A stretch of DNA of 64,000 nucleotides, taken from NCBI GenBank assembly GCA_963704885.1, contig CAVPIB010000001.1, forward strand, positions 192,001 through 256,000, given 5' to 3'. This DNA is from an uncultured Actinomycetes bacterium. GTDB lineage: Bacteria; Actinomycetota; UBA4738; HRBIN12. The stretch's first letter is position 1; every line of letters starts with the position of its first letter. Below the pieces are notes generated by a model. That model was given only the letters and a program-made list of their open reading frames with translations, made no database searches and was not told the origin of the DNA. The translations under genes were made by a program, and so were the position numbers. Shown here piece by piece: positions 1 to 11,540 of the stretch.

Positions 1-238
1 TCAACTCGTATCCCGCTCCAGCCTTGCGGACCACGATCGGTTGGAGGATCCCCACCTCGCGGATCGAAGCGGCCAGAGCACCGATCGCCTCGTCGTCGAA
101 GCGCGTCCGGGGCTGCCTCGGATTCGGGGCCACCGCGTTCACCGGCACCTCGAGCAGTCCGGAAACCTCGCCAGCCTCGGGCGCACCCGGGATGAGCGCG
201 GAGAGTCCGCGGCCCAGTCCGCCTCGTTTCGTCATCAT
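1..238 (-). CDS. parB: ParB/Spo0J partition protein, N-terminal part (runs off the window)
   Basis: Manual translation [18 protein letters not shown]...[10 protein letters not shown]...[14 protein letters not shown]; ATG overlaps the parA stop (ATGA). Confidence 0.93.
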   Translation of the reverse strand, partial: MMTKRGGLGRGLSALIPGAPEAGEVSGLLEVPVNAVAPNPRQPRTRFDDEAIGALAASIREVGILQPIVVRKAGAGYEL

Positions 239-1743
239 TCGCCTCCCTTGCGGAACAGTCGCCATCGGCGCTTGGGCTGGCCCTCTTCCTCAAGGGTGGC
301 CCCGATCTCGACGTCGGACGGCGGCGTCACCCGCGTTCGAACGGGACGGCCCTGGGAGGTAGAGGGCGCGGAACGCGCTTTGAGCTCCGCGTCATCGTCG
401 ATGACCACCACCCGGCGTTCAGGAAGGTGTTCGGGTGGAGCTTGGTCGGAGGTTGCTGGACGGCGAGAGGCTGGGGGCGGCGGAACGGGTTCGTCCGGAT
501 CCTCCCAAAGGTCGTCCTCGTCGACTCCGGCCATGGGAACAAGGGGTGCAGGCTCGCTTGGAGGGGAGGGCTCAGGGGCTGGCTCAGGGGCTGGCTCAGG
601 GGCTGGCTCAGGGCCTGGCTCAGGGGCTGGCTCAGGGGCTGGTTCCGGTTCCGGTTCCGGTTCCGGTTCCGGCTCGGGGGCCGGCTCCGGCTCAGGCGTC
701 GGCTCCGCCAGGAGCTGGTGGACGGTCGGAGTGGGAAGGTCCTCCAGTTCGGCCTCGTCGACGGCATCCTGTGTGACGGCGTCATCCACTGCCGGGATCA
801 CCATCGCGGGCATGTCATCGAAGATAGGCATCGGCTCGTCGGGCGGAGGCCGAAGAGCAACCTCCGTAGCCAGTTGACGGTACGCGTCCGCCCCTTTCGA
901 CCGCGGATCGTAGACAGTGATGGGTTGACCGAACCCAGGCGCCTCCGACAATCGCACCGTCCTTGGGATGATGACGTCATACACAAGCTCTCCGAAGAAG
1001 CGCTGAACCTCTTCGACAACCTGCTCCGAAAGCTTCGTCCGGGGATCGAACATCGTCATCACGATCCCCGACAGTCGCAGCTCAGGGTTGATGTTCTGCT
1101 GCACCAGACTGACGTTCCTGAGCAGTTGCCCCAGCCCCTCCAGGGCGTAGTACTCGCACTGGATAGGCACGATCAACTCCTCTGCGGCTGTGAGGGCGTT
1201 GACGGTCAGCAGTCCGAGCGAGGGTGGGCAGTCGAGTAGGACGAAGTCATACCGGCCTTCCCGTATCGGGTCGAGAGCCTTCTTGAGGCGGGTCTCCCGC
1301 GAGAACTGGCTGACCAGCTCGATCTCGGCCCCGGCTAGGTCGATGGTGGACGGCACGGCATGGAGTCCCTCGACCGGCGTAGGGACGATCGCGTCTTCGA
1401 TCGGGGATTCGATCACGATGACGTGGTAGACGGTGGTTTCTCTCGCCTCGTGGCGGATCCCCATCCCGGTGGAGGCGTTTCCCTGAGGATCCAGATCGAC
1501 AACCAGGACCCTATAGCCGAACTCTGCGAGCGCCGCCCCCAAGCTCACCGCCGTGGTCGATTTGCCGACGCCGCCCTTCTGGTTGGCGATCGCGATGATC
1601 CTGGCCGAACCGGGGGTCTCCGGCGGCTTGGGAGCCGACTTCCTCGCCGGCGTTCGCCGTCCAGCGGCACGGGCCGAGCTGCCCCTCGAGGCAGAGCGTG
1701 CCGATGCGGTCCGCGAGGCGGCCTTCGCGCCTGAGGTGGTCAC
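235..1743 (-). CDS. parA: ParA/Soj ATPase with long Pro/Glu-rich C-terminal extension
   Basis: [12 protein letters not shown] Walker A, DLDPQGN, DCPPSLG, EAPGFG; GTG start at 1743 overlaps the rsmG stop (GTGA). Confidence 0.93.
   Translation of the reverse strand: MTTSGAKAASRTASARSASRGSSARAAGRRTPARKSAPKPPETPGSARIIAIANQKGGVGKSTTAVSLGAALAEFGYRVLVVDLDPQGNASTGMGIRHEARETTVYHVIVIESPIEDAIVPTPVEGLHAVPSTIDLAGAEIELVSQFSRETRLKKALDPIREGRYDFVLLDCPPSLGLLTVNALTAAEELIVPIQCEYYALEGLGQLLRNVSLVQQNINPELRLSGIVMTMFDPRTKLSEQVVEEVQRFFGELVYDVIIPRTVRLSEAPGFGQPITVYDPRSKGADAYRQLATEVALRPPPDEPMPIFDDMPAMVIPAVDDAVTQDAVDEAELEDLPTPTVHQLLAEPTPEPEPAPEPEPEPEPEPEPAPEPAPEPGPEPAPEPAPEPAPEPSPPSEPAPLVPMAGVDEDDLWEDPDEPVPPPPASRRPATSDQAPPEHLPERRVVVIDDDAELKARSAPSTSQGRPVRTRVTPPSDVEIGATLEEEGQPKRRWRLFRKGGE
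569..670. repeat. Tandem repeats in the parA 3' end: 6x 12-bp GGCTCAGGGGCT then 5x 6-bp GGTTCC
   Basis: Read directly; encodes (PEPA)n/(PE)n on the minus strand. Confidence 0.9.
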
Positions 1744-2357
1744 TGCCGGCTCATGATAGCGAGCGGCCCTGACCTTGCAAGCGTCGAGGCCACCAGGTTG
1801 ATCTCGAGGTCGCTTGGCAGCTGCGATCGATCGAATCCCCGGCCGGCGAAGTAGACCAGCCGTCCGTGAGGGACGAGCAGCGGTTCTGCGGCTCGCCAAG
1901 AGGCCGCAGGGCCGGCGAACGCTCGGGCGAGACACAGGTCAGCGCGATCACTGAGGTTCTGCGCCCTCCCTGCGTATATGCGCGCATTGGGCAACCCGAG
2001 CAGTTCGACGGCGAGCTCTAAGAAGGCCACTCGTGGTCGGCGTGGCTCCACCAAGGTGACCTCCAGCCAGGGGCAGGCGATCGCCACCACCAGGCCTGGG
2101 AGCCCGGCGCCGGAGCCTAGGTCGTACCCGGTGCGCTCCTGCCCACTCACGACCGCAGCCGCACGCAGGCAGTCCCAGATGTGGCGTTCTCTCAGTCGCG
2201 ATACGTCGGCGGCTGCTACGAGCCCCGAGGGGACCGCGCGCTCCCTCAGAAGGGTCTCGAACCGCTCGAGCTGGCCGACTTGGTCATGACTCAACGTGAC
2301 ACCCGGGACCGGGAATGATGGTTCGGGAGTGGAACCCTCATGTTTCACGTGAAACAC
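1740..2357 (-). CDS. rsmG: 16S rRNA m7G527 methyltransferase RsmG (start uncertain)
   Basis: [20 protein letters not shown] motifs; position between jag and parA. Confidence 0.9.
   Translation of the reverse strand: MFHVKHEGSTPEPSFPVPGVTLSHDQVGQLERFETLLRERAVPSGLVAAADVSRLRERHIWDCLRAAAVVSGQERTGYDLGSGAGLPGLVVAIACPWLEVTLVEPRRPRVAFLELAVELLGLPNARIYAGRAQNLSDRADLCLARAFAGPAASWRAAEPLLVPHGRLVYFAGRGFDRSQLPSDLEINLVASTLARSGPLAIMSRQ
2341..2356. promoter_or_regulatory. parS centromere site
   Basis: Perfect palindrome TGTTTCACGTGAAACA matching the canonical parS consensus, next to parAB. Confidence 0.92.
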
Positions 2358-2404
2358 GCCTCCGTGTGGCGCCGCGCAGCGCCAGAGACATCCCGAAGGG
2401 AGGA

Positions 2405-3058
2405 CTAGCGGCGTCGGATGACGACCGCCCGGTCGGGCTCTTCGCCTCGACTCGAGCTCTCCACGCCGTCGATCCGCGAGACGGCATCATGCACGATCTT
2501 ACGTTCGAACGGATTCATCGGCTCCAGGGTCTCCTCAGCGCCGGACTTCAGAACGCGCGCGGCGACGTCGGCGGCGTGCTCCTCCAGACGCGTCTCACGG
2601 CGCTTGCGGTAGTCCTCAACGTCCACGATCACCCGCACCCGCTCATCGAGATGCCGGCCGACGACCATCCGGGTGAGCTCCTGGATGGCGTCCAGGGTCT
2701 GCCCGTGGCGGCCGATCAATAGGGCCATGTCGTCCTCATCCTCCCCGACGATGTCCACGTACATATGATCACCGTGCAGGTTCGGCTCGGCGACGGCGTC
2801 GACGCCCATGTGTCCCAGCAGCTCCTCAAGGAAGTCAGCCGCGCTGTCGGCCTGCTCCTCGAGGTCTTCTGGATCGACGTCGGGGGAGACCATCCTCACG
2901 CGTACGACCGCCTCGTGCGAGCCTATCCCAAGCACGCCACCGCGGGGCTCCTGCAGCACTTCGATACGGGCCTCCTGCTCTGAGATCCCGAGTTCTTGGA
3001 GGGCCGCTTCGACGGCCTCCTCGATGCTAGGCGCCCGTTTCTCCGTCTCCCTTGCCAC
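2405..3058 (-). CDS. jag: Jag/EloR (KhpB) RNA-binding protein (Jag_N, KH, R3H)
   Basis: LIGRHGQTLDAIQ (KH), PMNPFERKIVHD (R3H); start placed at GTG 3058. Confidence 0.9.
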   Translation of the reverse strand: MARETEKRAPSIEEAVEAALQELGISEQEARIEVLQEPRGGVLGIGSHEAVVRVRMVSPDVDPEDLEEQADSAADFLEELLGHMGVDAVAEPNLHGDHMYVDIVGEDEDDMALLIGRHGQTLDAIQELTRMVVGRHLDERVRVIVDVEDYRKRRETRLEEHAADVAARVLKSGAEETLEPMNPFERKIVHDAVSRIDGVESSSRGEEPDRAVVIRRR

Positions 3059-4184
3059 CTTCGCCTTCACCCCCCGGGGGTCGTTTCGGAGCGGGCCGCC
3101 CGCCGCCCTTAGAGCCACCTGTGTTCGGACGTCGCCGCTTCGGCTGTGGGCCCTTCGCGCCCCCGCCGGTGGGCTTGCTGCCACTCCCGCCGGAGGGCTT
3201 GCGGCCGCCACCACTCGCCGGGCGCTTGCCCTCCTGTATACGACGACTCTCCTCCGCCCGTTCTTGCATGCGGGACATGAGCCCCTTCTTGGCGGGCCCG
3301 CCGGCGTTCTTGGCGCGCTGTTCGGCCATCCTTCGCTCCATGGCCTCAGGTCCGATATGGCCCGCCTTCAGCAATGCATACTGCTGTCCGATCTGCCAGA
3401 AGTTCGAGACGGTCCAATACAAGGTGAGTCCTGCAGGGAAGGCGAATCCGAAGACCCCGAACATGATCGGCATGATCTTCATGATCGCCTGCTGCTGACC
3501 CGAGGCCGCGCCGGGAGGACTAGCCCTCTGCATCTGGCGCTGCTGGAAGAACGTGGTGCCGATCATGATCACGAGAAGCGCGAAGTAGGGGATCTTGTCG
3601 GCCGTACCCGAGCCGCAGTCGATGACGTGGTCGCTCGGCTGTCCGTCTGAGTCCGGGACGGTCACCTGCTTCCCGGCCTGAGACGCCGAGCACTGCAGGT
3701 TCAGCAAGAGGAAGTTCATGTTCGTGTCGGTGGTCACGTCCGCGTACAGCTGCGAGTCAACAGGCAGGTGGTTGTTCACGAATTCGGGCACGTTCGGATT
3801 CGGCTCGGCAGGGTCGTAGGCGGCATTCGGCACTGGGGCGCGGAGCACGGAGTACATGGCGATCAGGATGGGGAACTGCAGCAGGAGCGGGAGGCAGCCC
3901 CCGAGGGGATTGACGCCCGCCTCCTTGTAGAGCTTCATCGTCTCTTCTTGGGCCTTCTGCTTGTTGCCCTTGTTCTTCTTCTGGATCTCCTTGACCTTCG
4001 GCTGGATCGACTGCATGGCGCCCATCGACTTGATCTGCTTGATGCCTAACGGCAACAGGATCACGCGGATAAGGATCGTGAGCACGATGATGGAGAGGCC
4101 GTAGTTGCCGACGAAGTCGTAGATCTCCGCCAGCACCCAGCCCAGGCTGTTCAACAGAGCCTGGAAGACCTCCAGCGCGACCAT
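3027..4184 (-). CDS. yidC: Membrane protein insertase YidC
   Basis: YGLSIIVLTILIRVIL, GVNPLGGCLPLLLQFPI, PAGLTLYW; basic Gly/Lys tail. Confidence 0.95.
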   Translation of the reverse strand: MVALEVFQALLNSLGWVLAEIYDFVGNYGLSIIVLTILIRVILLPLGIKQIKSMGAMQSIQPKVKEIQKKNKGNKQKAQEETMKLYKEAGVNPLGGCLPLLLQFPILIAMYSVLRAPVPNAAYDPAEPNPNVPEFVNNHLPVDSQLYADVTTDTNMNFLLLNLQCSASQAGKQVTVPDSDGQPSDHVIDCGSGTADKIPYFALLVIMIGTTFFQQRQMQRASPPGAASGQQQAIMKIMPIMFGVFGFAFPAGLTLYWTVSNFWQIGQQYALLKAGHIGPEAMERRMAEQRAKNAGGPAKKGLMSRMQERAEESRRIQEGKRPASGGGRKPSGGSGSKPTGGGAKGPQPKRRRPNTGGSKGGGRPAPKRPPGGEGEGGKGDGETGA

Positions 4185-4492
4185 CAGCTGGCTCGCTCAG
4201 TCACACTGGGTATGATGGCGTCATACTCGTCCGAGGAGGGCGCCGTCCCAGGAACCTGCTCGATCCCGCCTGCCCCGAATGGGTTGCAGCGCAGGATCCT
4301 CCACAGAGCCAGTCCGGTTCCCTTCAGGGCGCCATGTGCACGGATCGCCTCCTCCGCGTAATGCGAGCAGGTCGGATAGAACCGACATTGGCCCCCCAGC
4401 CAGCCCGAGAGAGTGGCCCGATACAACCTGATCAGGCCCGTGACCATGGCTCGCGCCGGGGCGCCGGCCGTCCTGAGGGCGCGGCGCTTCAT
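4184..4492 (-). CDS. yidD: Membrane protein insertion efficiency factor YidD
   Basis: CRFYPTCSHYA...RILRCNPF motif and synteny. Confidence 0.93.
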   Translation of the reverse strand: MKRRALRTAGAPARAMVTGLIRLYRATLSGWLGGQCRFYPTCSHYAEEAIRAHGALKGTGLALWRILRCNPFGAGGIEQVPGTAPSSDEYDAIIPSVTERAS

Positions 4493-4809
4493 GCGTCAAG
4501 CACCTCATCAAGGCGGAGCAGCTCCGTCATCTCGGCCACCAGATCCTGTGTCTTCGCGCCCACGATAGCTTCGCGGGCCACCAGGACTACGTCTTCGTCG
4601 TTCCCGACCCGAGGAGCAACCTCACGCCATGCCGCCCTCAAGATCCGCCGGGATCGATTCCGCTCGATGGCACCACCGACCCGACGGCTAGCGACGACCG
4701 CGGAATCCCCCGAACCGGAAGCGAGGAACAGTACCACCCGGCCTCCGTGCAACGGACGGCCGGTGTCGAACACGCGACGAACCTGCGGGGACCGCACGGC
4801 CGTGCTCAG
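4489..4809 (-). CDS. rnpA: RNase P protein component (start GTG 4797 or CTG 4809)
   Basis: [20 protein letters not shown] (RNR motif); lies between rpmH and yidD. Confidence 0.88.
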   Translation of the reverse strand: MSTAVRSPQVRRVFDTGRPLHGGRVVLFLASGSGDSAVVASRRVGGAIERNRSRRILRAAWREVAPRVGNDEDVVLVAREAIVGAKTQDLVAEMTELLRLDEVLDA

Positions 4810-4949
4810 GGGGTGAGGCTGGCGCGGCCCTTCCGACGGCGCCGAGCCAGGATCGAGCGGCCGGCGCGCGTGCGCATACGGATCCGGAAGCCGTGCGTCT
4901 TCGCGCGATGGCGGTTATTCGGCTGATAGGTACGCTTGCCCTTGGCCAT
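4806..4949 (-). CDS. rpmH: 50S ribosomal protein L34
   Basis: [42 protein letters not shown]. Confidence 0.97.
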   Translation of the reverse strand: MAKGKRTYQPNNRHRAKTHGFRIRMRTRAGRSILARRRRKGRASLTP

Positions 4950-4999
4950 GTCGGTCGGTCCCTTCGATGCGAAGGCCAGCGCAAGGCCGGCCGGGCGAG

Positions 5000-5029
5000 A
5001 GTATACGGGGCTGCATCGTCGCAGGACAA
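5000..5029 (-). promoter_or_regulatory. Candidate housekeeping-sigma promoter for rpmH
   Basis: TTGTCC-N18-TATACT on the minus strand about 50 nt upstream of the rpmH ATG. Confidence 0.5.
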
Positions 5030-5077
5030 AGGGCTTGACAACGAAAAGAGTGTCAAGACCCCGCTGACGGCGAGCGC

Positions 5078-5204
5078 TGTGGAAAAGCCCGGTGCTATAG
5101 TGCGGGCCGCCTCCCCCCCCGGCGGAACCGTCCGGCGGTCGGCGTAGCGCCAGATCACCTTCCCCCGAAGGTTTTCCACCGTTGTGGAAAGGTTCTGTGG
5201 ATAG
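5078..5204. promoter_or_regulatory. DnaA-box cluster upstream of dnaA
   Basis: TGTGGAAAA 5078, TTTTCCACC 5172, TGTGGAAAG 5183, TGTGGATAG 5196. Confidence 0.8.
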
Positions 5205-5206
5205 GA

Positions 5207-6625
5207 ATGGCGATAGCGTTCTCTGAGCGCGAGGCACACGACACCTGGGCTCACGTCCTGGAACGCGCCCGCGCCGAGCTTCCCGAGACGACGGTCGTCA
5301 TGTGGTTCGCCGATGTGAGCCCCGTCTCGCTCGACGGCGGCGTGCTGGCTCTACATGTGCCCAGTGACATGGTCCGGGAACGTCTGCAACACAATCATCT
5401 TGGGCTCATCCACGACGCAGTCGTCGATGCTGTCGGCGCGGACGTCGAGATCCGCCTAGACGTGGACGAGGCCCTGCGAGGCCCGGTCGATGACATCGTG
5501 TCGATCCCCGACCTCGACGAGACTCCTGCCCCCGCGATGGAGCCCCCGCCGGAGGCGACCGCCGCCCAGCGCGCCGCCGGCGCCCCCGGATTGCCGTTCC
5601 CCAACTACACGTTCGAGGCCTTCGTGCCCGGACCGTCCAACCGGTTCGCGCATGCGGCCGCCATGGCAGTTGCCGAGGCTCCTCCCTCCAAGGCCTACAA
5701 CCCGCTGTTCATCTACGGCGGCGTGGGTCTGGGCAAGACCCACCTGCTGATCGCGGTCGGGCATCACATGTACCGACTGAAGCCACGGCTGCGCGTCAAG
5801 TACGTGACCTCCGAGCAGTTCGTGACCGAGTTCATCAAGGCGGTCCGCGAGCGCCAAGGCGACGGCTTCCGCCAGAAGTACCGTGAGGTCGACGTGCTGC
5901 TCGTGGACGACATCCAGTTCCTGGCCAAACGCGAGGAGACGCAGACCGAGTTCTTCCACACGTTCAACCATCTACACACGGCCGGCCGGCAGATCGTGAT
6001 CGCGTCCGACCGGCCACCGCACGAGCTCTCGAGCATGGAGGAGCGCCTGACCAGCAGGTTCCGATGGGGACTCTGCGTGGACGTGCAACCGCCGGACCTG
6101 GAAACGCGGATCGCCATCCTGCAGCTGAAGGCCGAGCGCGAGGCGATCGCCGTTCCCCCAGACGTCGTCGAGTTCGTCGCTTCCAAATTCGATCAGAGCG
6201 TCCGTGAGCTGGAGGGCGCCCTGGTGAGGGTGGTGGCGTGGTCCGAGCTGACAGCGCAGGCGATCGACGTGACCTTGGCCGAGCGTGCGCTGCAGGATCT
6301 GATCCCGCAGACCGAGCACGACATCCCTCCGCCATTGATCTTGGAGGAGACCGCGAACTACTTCACGCTCGCGACAGGCGACCTGATGTCGAAGAGCCGG
6401 TCGCGGCCGCTCACCCAGGCGCGTCACATCGCCATGTACCTGGTTCGCGAGTGCACGGGGCTCTCGCTCGTGAAGATCGGCGAGATCTTCGGGGGGCGGG
6501 ATCACACCACGGTCCTGCACGGCATCAACAAGGTCGAGGGGGAGATGCGCGCCCGGGATACTACGTTCCGCCAGGTCCAGGACCTGACGCGCATCATCCG
6601 CGGTCGCGCTCGGGGGTCGGCATGA
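5207..6625 (+). CDS. dnaA: Chromosomal replication initiator DnaA
   Basis: [36 protein letters not shown]. Confidence 0.98.
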   Translation: MAIAFSEREAHDTWAHVLERARAELPETTVVMWFADVSPVSLDGGVLALHVPSDMVRERLQHNHLGLIHDAVVDAVGADVEIRLDVDEALRGPVDDIVSIPDLDETPAPAMEPPPEATAAQRAAGAPGLPFPNYTFEAFVPGPSNRFAHAAAMAVAEAPPSKAYNPLFIYGGVGLGKTHLLIAVGHHMYRLKPRLRVKYVTSEQFVTEFIKAVRERQGDGFRQKYREVDVLLVDDIQFLAKREETQTEFFHTFNHLHTAGRQIVIASDRPPHELSSMEERLTSRFRWGLCVDVQPPDLETRIAILQLKAEREAIAVPPDVVEFVASKFDQSVRELEGALVRVVAWSELTAQAIDVTLAERALQDLIPQTEHDIPPPLILEETANYFTLATGDLMSKSRSRPLTQARHIAMYLVRECTGLSLVKIGEIFGGRDHTTVLHGINKVEGEMRARDTTFRQVQDLTRIIRGRARGSA

Positions 6626-6827
6626 GGGTGTGGAAAACGCGGGGACCGGATGTTGGCTGTGGTGGATGCAACCCGATCGCAGGGCATATGGATGATGGTT
6701 CTCCCCAGCATGTCCACATGTCGGAGGGCTCCTCTACGCTGGGGGAACGCCTACGTTGTGCACCTTTCCACAGCACCTACTACTACCGTACTGAGAGAAA
6801 GACTAAGAGCAACAGGGGGTGGCCACG
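6626..6827. other. oriC (dnaA-dnaN intergenic): DnaA boxes plus DnaA-trio unwinding element
   Basis: TGTGGAAAA 6629, ATGTCCACA 6710, TTGTGCACC/CTTTCCACA 6756-6772 followed by GCAC and CTACTACTAC (6777-6786), then an A-rich tract. Confidence 0.88.
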
Positions 6828-7931
6828 GTGAAGTTCCGGTGTGACCGAGACGCGCTCTCGGAGGCTCTACAGACCGTTCAGCGAGGTGTGTCGTCTCGCC
6901 CCGGCATCCCGGCGTTGACCGGGGTGCTGCTCGAGGCGACGGACGGCGGTGAGCTGACCATGATCACCACCGACCTCGAGGTGTCCGCGCGGTTGTCGAT
7001 CGCCGTGCAAGTGACCGAACCGGGGATCGCCCTGATCCCGGCGCGTCTCTTCGGCGACACGGTGAAGAGCTTGTCGAACGCGCCGGTCGACGTGGAGACC
7101 GATCAGAGCCAGGCGCGCATCCGTTGTGCGGCCTATGAAGGCACGTTGAGGCTGCTGCCGGCCGAGGACTTCCCGGGGCTGCAGGAGCCGAGCGGGACCC
7201 GGTTGACCGCGGAGGCCGGTGCGTTCGCGGAGGCCGTGAACCAGGTGGGGCGAGGGGCCTCGCGCGACGAAGCGCGCCCGGTTCTCACGGGCGTGCTGCT
7301 CGAGGTCAGTCGCGAGGGCGTGGTCATGGTGGCGACCGACTCGTACCGGCTGGCGGTGCGCGACCTTGTGGCCACGGCAGATGGCGAGGCGCGGGCGATC
7401 GTCCCCGAACGCGCGATGTCGGAGGCCGGACGCGCGGCTGCGGCCGACGAGAAGGGCTCCGTGGAGGTCTTCGTGGACGAGAGTCAGGTCTCGTTCAAGA
7501 TCGGTGGGCTCACGCTCACATCTCGATTGATCGAAGGTGAGTTCCCTAACTTCCGGCAGCTGCTGCCGGAGTCGACCGAGAGTCGGCTGACGATCTCTCG
7601 CCAGCAACTGCTCGATGCGGTCAGACGGGTAGGCCTACTGGCGCGTGACACCACACCGGTCCGCCTGGAGTTCAATGCGCTCGGAGTGAAGCTCTCCAGC
7701 TCGTCACCCGACCTCGGGCAAGCGGTCGAGACGGTGGAGGCGCGCTATGAGGGCGAGGACCTCACGGTCGCGTTCAACCCGCAGTACCTGGCAGACGGGC
7801 TCACGGCCGCCAACGGCGAGACCGTTCGCCTGGACGTTCGCGACGGGCTCAAGCCCGGTGTGGTCCACGGGGAGGGCGACGAGTTCACCTACCTGGTGAT
7901 GCCCGTCCGTCTGCCCGCGGCGGTGAGCTAG
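6828..7931 (+). CDS. dnaN: DNA polymerase III beta clamp
   Basis: TTDLE, VATDSYRL, SRLIEGEFPN, AFNPQYL, LVMPVR. Confidence 0.97.
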   Translation: MKFRCDRDALSEALQTVQRGVSSRPGIPALTGVLLEATDGGELTMITTDLEVSARLSIAVQVTEPGIALIPARLFGDTVKSLSNAPVDVETDQSQARIRCAAYEGTLRLLPAEDFPGLQEPSGTRLTAEAGAFAEAVNQVGRGASRDEARPVLTGVLLEVSREGVVMVATDSYRLAVRDLVATADGEARAIVPERAMSEAGRAAAADEKGSVEVFVDESQVSFKIGGLTLTSRLIEGEFPNFRQLLPESTESRLTISRQQLLDAVRRVGLLARDTTPVRLEFNALGVKLSSSSPDLGQAVETVEARYEGEDLTVAFNPQYLADGLTAANGETVRLDVRDGLKPGVVHGEGDEFTYLVMPVRLPAAVS

Positions 7932-7959
7932 GAAAGGCTGGGGCGCAAGGGTTCCCCTC

Positions 7960-9054
7960 ATGCGCCTGGCCTGGGTCGAGCTGCGCGACTTCCGCAACCA
8001 CGCTTACACGCGCATAGAGCCGGTACCCGATGGGCTGATCGTTGCCGTGGGTCCGAACGGCGAGGGCAAGACCAACCTGCTCGAGGGGATGTGCTACCTG
8101 TTCACGCTAGCGTCGCCGCGTGTCTCGGCGTCCGGGCCGCTCGTCCGCGGAGGTGCCGACGCCGCCTACGTGCGTGGCGAGGTCCAGACGAACGACGGCC
8201 TCGTCCTGGTGGAAGTGGAAGTGCCCACGCGTGGCGTGAGCCGCGTGAAGGTGAACCGTTCGTCCGTGCGTCGCAGGCGCGATCTCAGGCGTCAGGTTCG
8301 CGCGGTGTTCTTCGGGCCCGACGATCTGGACATGGTGCGCGGCGAACCGTCGCATCGGCGACGGTTCCTCGACGAGGCCGTCGTGGCTCTCTGGCCGCTG
8401 AAGGAGTCGCTGCTGTCTGGCTACGACCGGGCGCTACGTCAGCGCAACCGCCTGCTGAGGGAGTGGGATGGCCCTGGTGTCCCTGCGGGGATGGAGGCGT
8501 GGGACGCCGAGTTGATCCAGGCGGGCGCGGCCCTGATCCGCGCCCGGGCCGAGGCCGTCGACCTACTGACATCGCCCGCGTCCGAGGAGTTCGAGGCACT
8601 CGCCGACTACGGTTTGGCCTGCACGTACTCGCCGAACGTGCGGGGTGCCGAGGACCTGGAGGACATGTTCCGTACGCGGATCGACGAACGGCGCCACGAC
8701 GAGTTGGCGAGGCGAACCTCGCTGGTAGGGCCGCATCGCGATGATCTGGATCTGGCCGTCAGGGATCTGGGCGCGCGGGCGTTCGCCTCTCACGGCGAAG
8801 CTTGGGCGGCGGCGCTCTGCCTCCGCCTCGGTCTGGCGTCCGCGGTGGAGCTAGAGATCGGTGAGCCGCCGATCCTGCTGGTGGACGACCCGTTCTCGGC
8901 GCTCGACCCGAGGCGCCGCGATCAGATCGGCGAACGGCTCGCGGCCCGCGGAGGTCAGGTGGTCATCTCTGTCGCCGATGAGGCCGATGTGCCGGCGGCC
9001 GCTCACGCCACGTGGGACGTCGATGCTGGGACCGTCACGCCGAGGGCGGCCTGA
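7960..9054 (+). CDS. recF: DNA replication/repair protein RecF
   Basis: GPNGEGKTNLLE, GPHRDDL, LLVDDPFSALD. Confidence 0.95.
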   Translation: MRLAWVELRDFRNHAYTRIEPVPDGLIVAVGPNGEGKTNLLEGMCYLFTLASPRVSASGPLVRGGADAAYVRGEVQTNDGLVLVEVEVPTRGVSRVKVNRSSVRRRRDLRRQVRAVFFGPDDLDMVRGEPSHRRRFLDEAVVALWPLKESLLSGYDRALRQRNRLLREWDGPGVPAGMEAWDAELIQAGAALIRARAEAVDLLTSPASEEFEALADYGLACTYSPNVRGAEDLEDMFRTRIDERRHDELARRTSLVGPHRDDLDLAVRDLGARAFASHGEAWAAALCLRLGLASAVELEIGEPPILLVDDPFSALDPRRRDQIGERLAARGGQVVISVADEADVPAAAHATWDVDAGTVTPRAA

Positions 9055-9395
9055 TGCCGCACTCCAAGGGTTGGCGAACCCGGCGCGACCCACGCTCCAG
9101 CGACGCCGTCCAGATCGGCGACATAGTCGACGGCCTGTTCGAAGAGGAGATCTTCTCTCGGGGCATGCCGATCGCTCAGCTCGCCTCTGGTTGGGTCCAG
9201 ATCGTGGGAGAACGACTGGCGGGCGAGACGGCGCCGATGAGTTTGGAGGCCGGGGTTCTTACGGTCGCGGCGACCAACGGGCCGTGGGGGGCTCAGGCCC
9301 GGTTCTTGCATGAGCAGATCCGGCACAAGGCCAACCAGGCGCTCGGCGGTGAGACCGTTTCGTCGGTCCGTGTGGTCGTGCGAAACAGCAGGTAG
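9054..9395 (+). CDS. DUF721/DciA family protein
   Basis: TGATG coupling to recF; W..IVG..LA.ET.P..L..GVL.V pattern; recF-gyrB synteny. Confidence 0.8.
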   Translation: MPHSKGWRTRRDPRSSDAVQIGDIVDGLFEEEIFSRGMPIAQLASGWVQIVGERLAGETAPMSLEAGVLTVAATNGPWGAQARFLHEQIRHKANQALGGETVSSVRVVVRNSR

Positions 9396-9441
9396 ATGGC
9401 CTGAAACAGGTCGCGGAACCGCGCCGAACGTCGGCCCTGAT

Positions 9442-11484
<2,043 letters not shown>

Positions 11485-11540
11485 GTCGAGCGGGCCGAGA
11501 GCCGTCGGGGAGCGTAGGCCAAGAAGCGTAGGAAGGACCC

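Noticed and set aside
41-877. Plus-strand ORFs with GSGA or LRGW repeats
   Set aside because: Antisense shadows of the parA tandem repeats; the minus strand carries parA and parB.
2341-2357. MFHVKH N-terminus of RsmG as a meaningful peptide motif
   Set aside because: It is simply the translation of the parS palindrome; the true start may be downstream.
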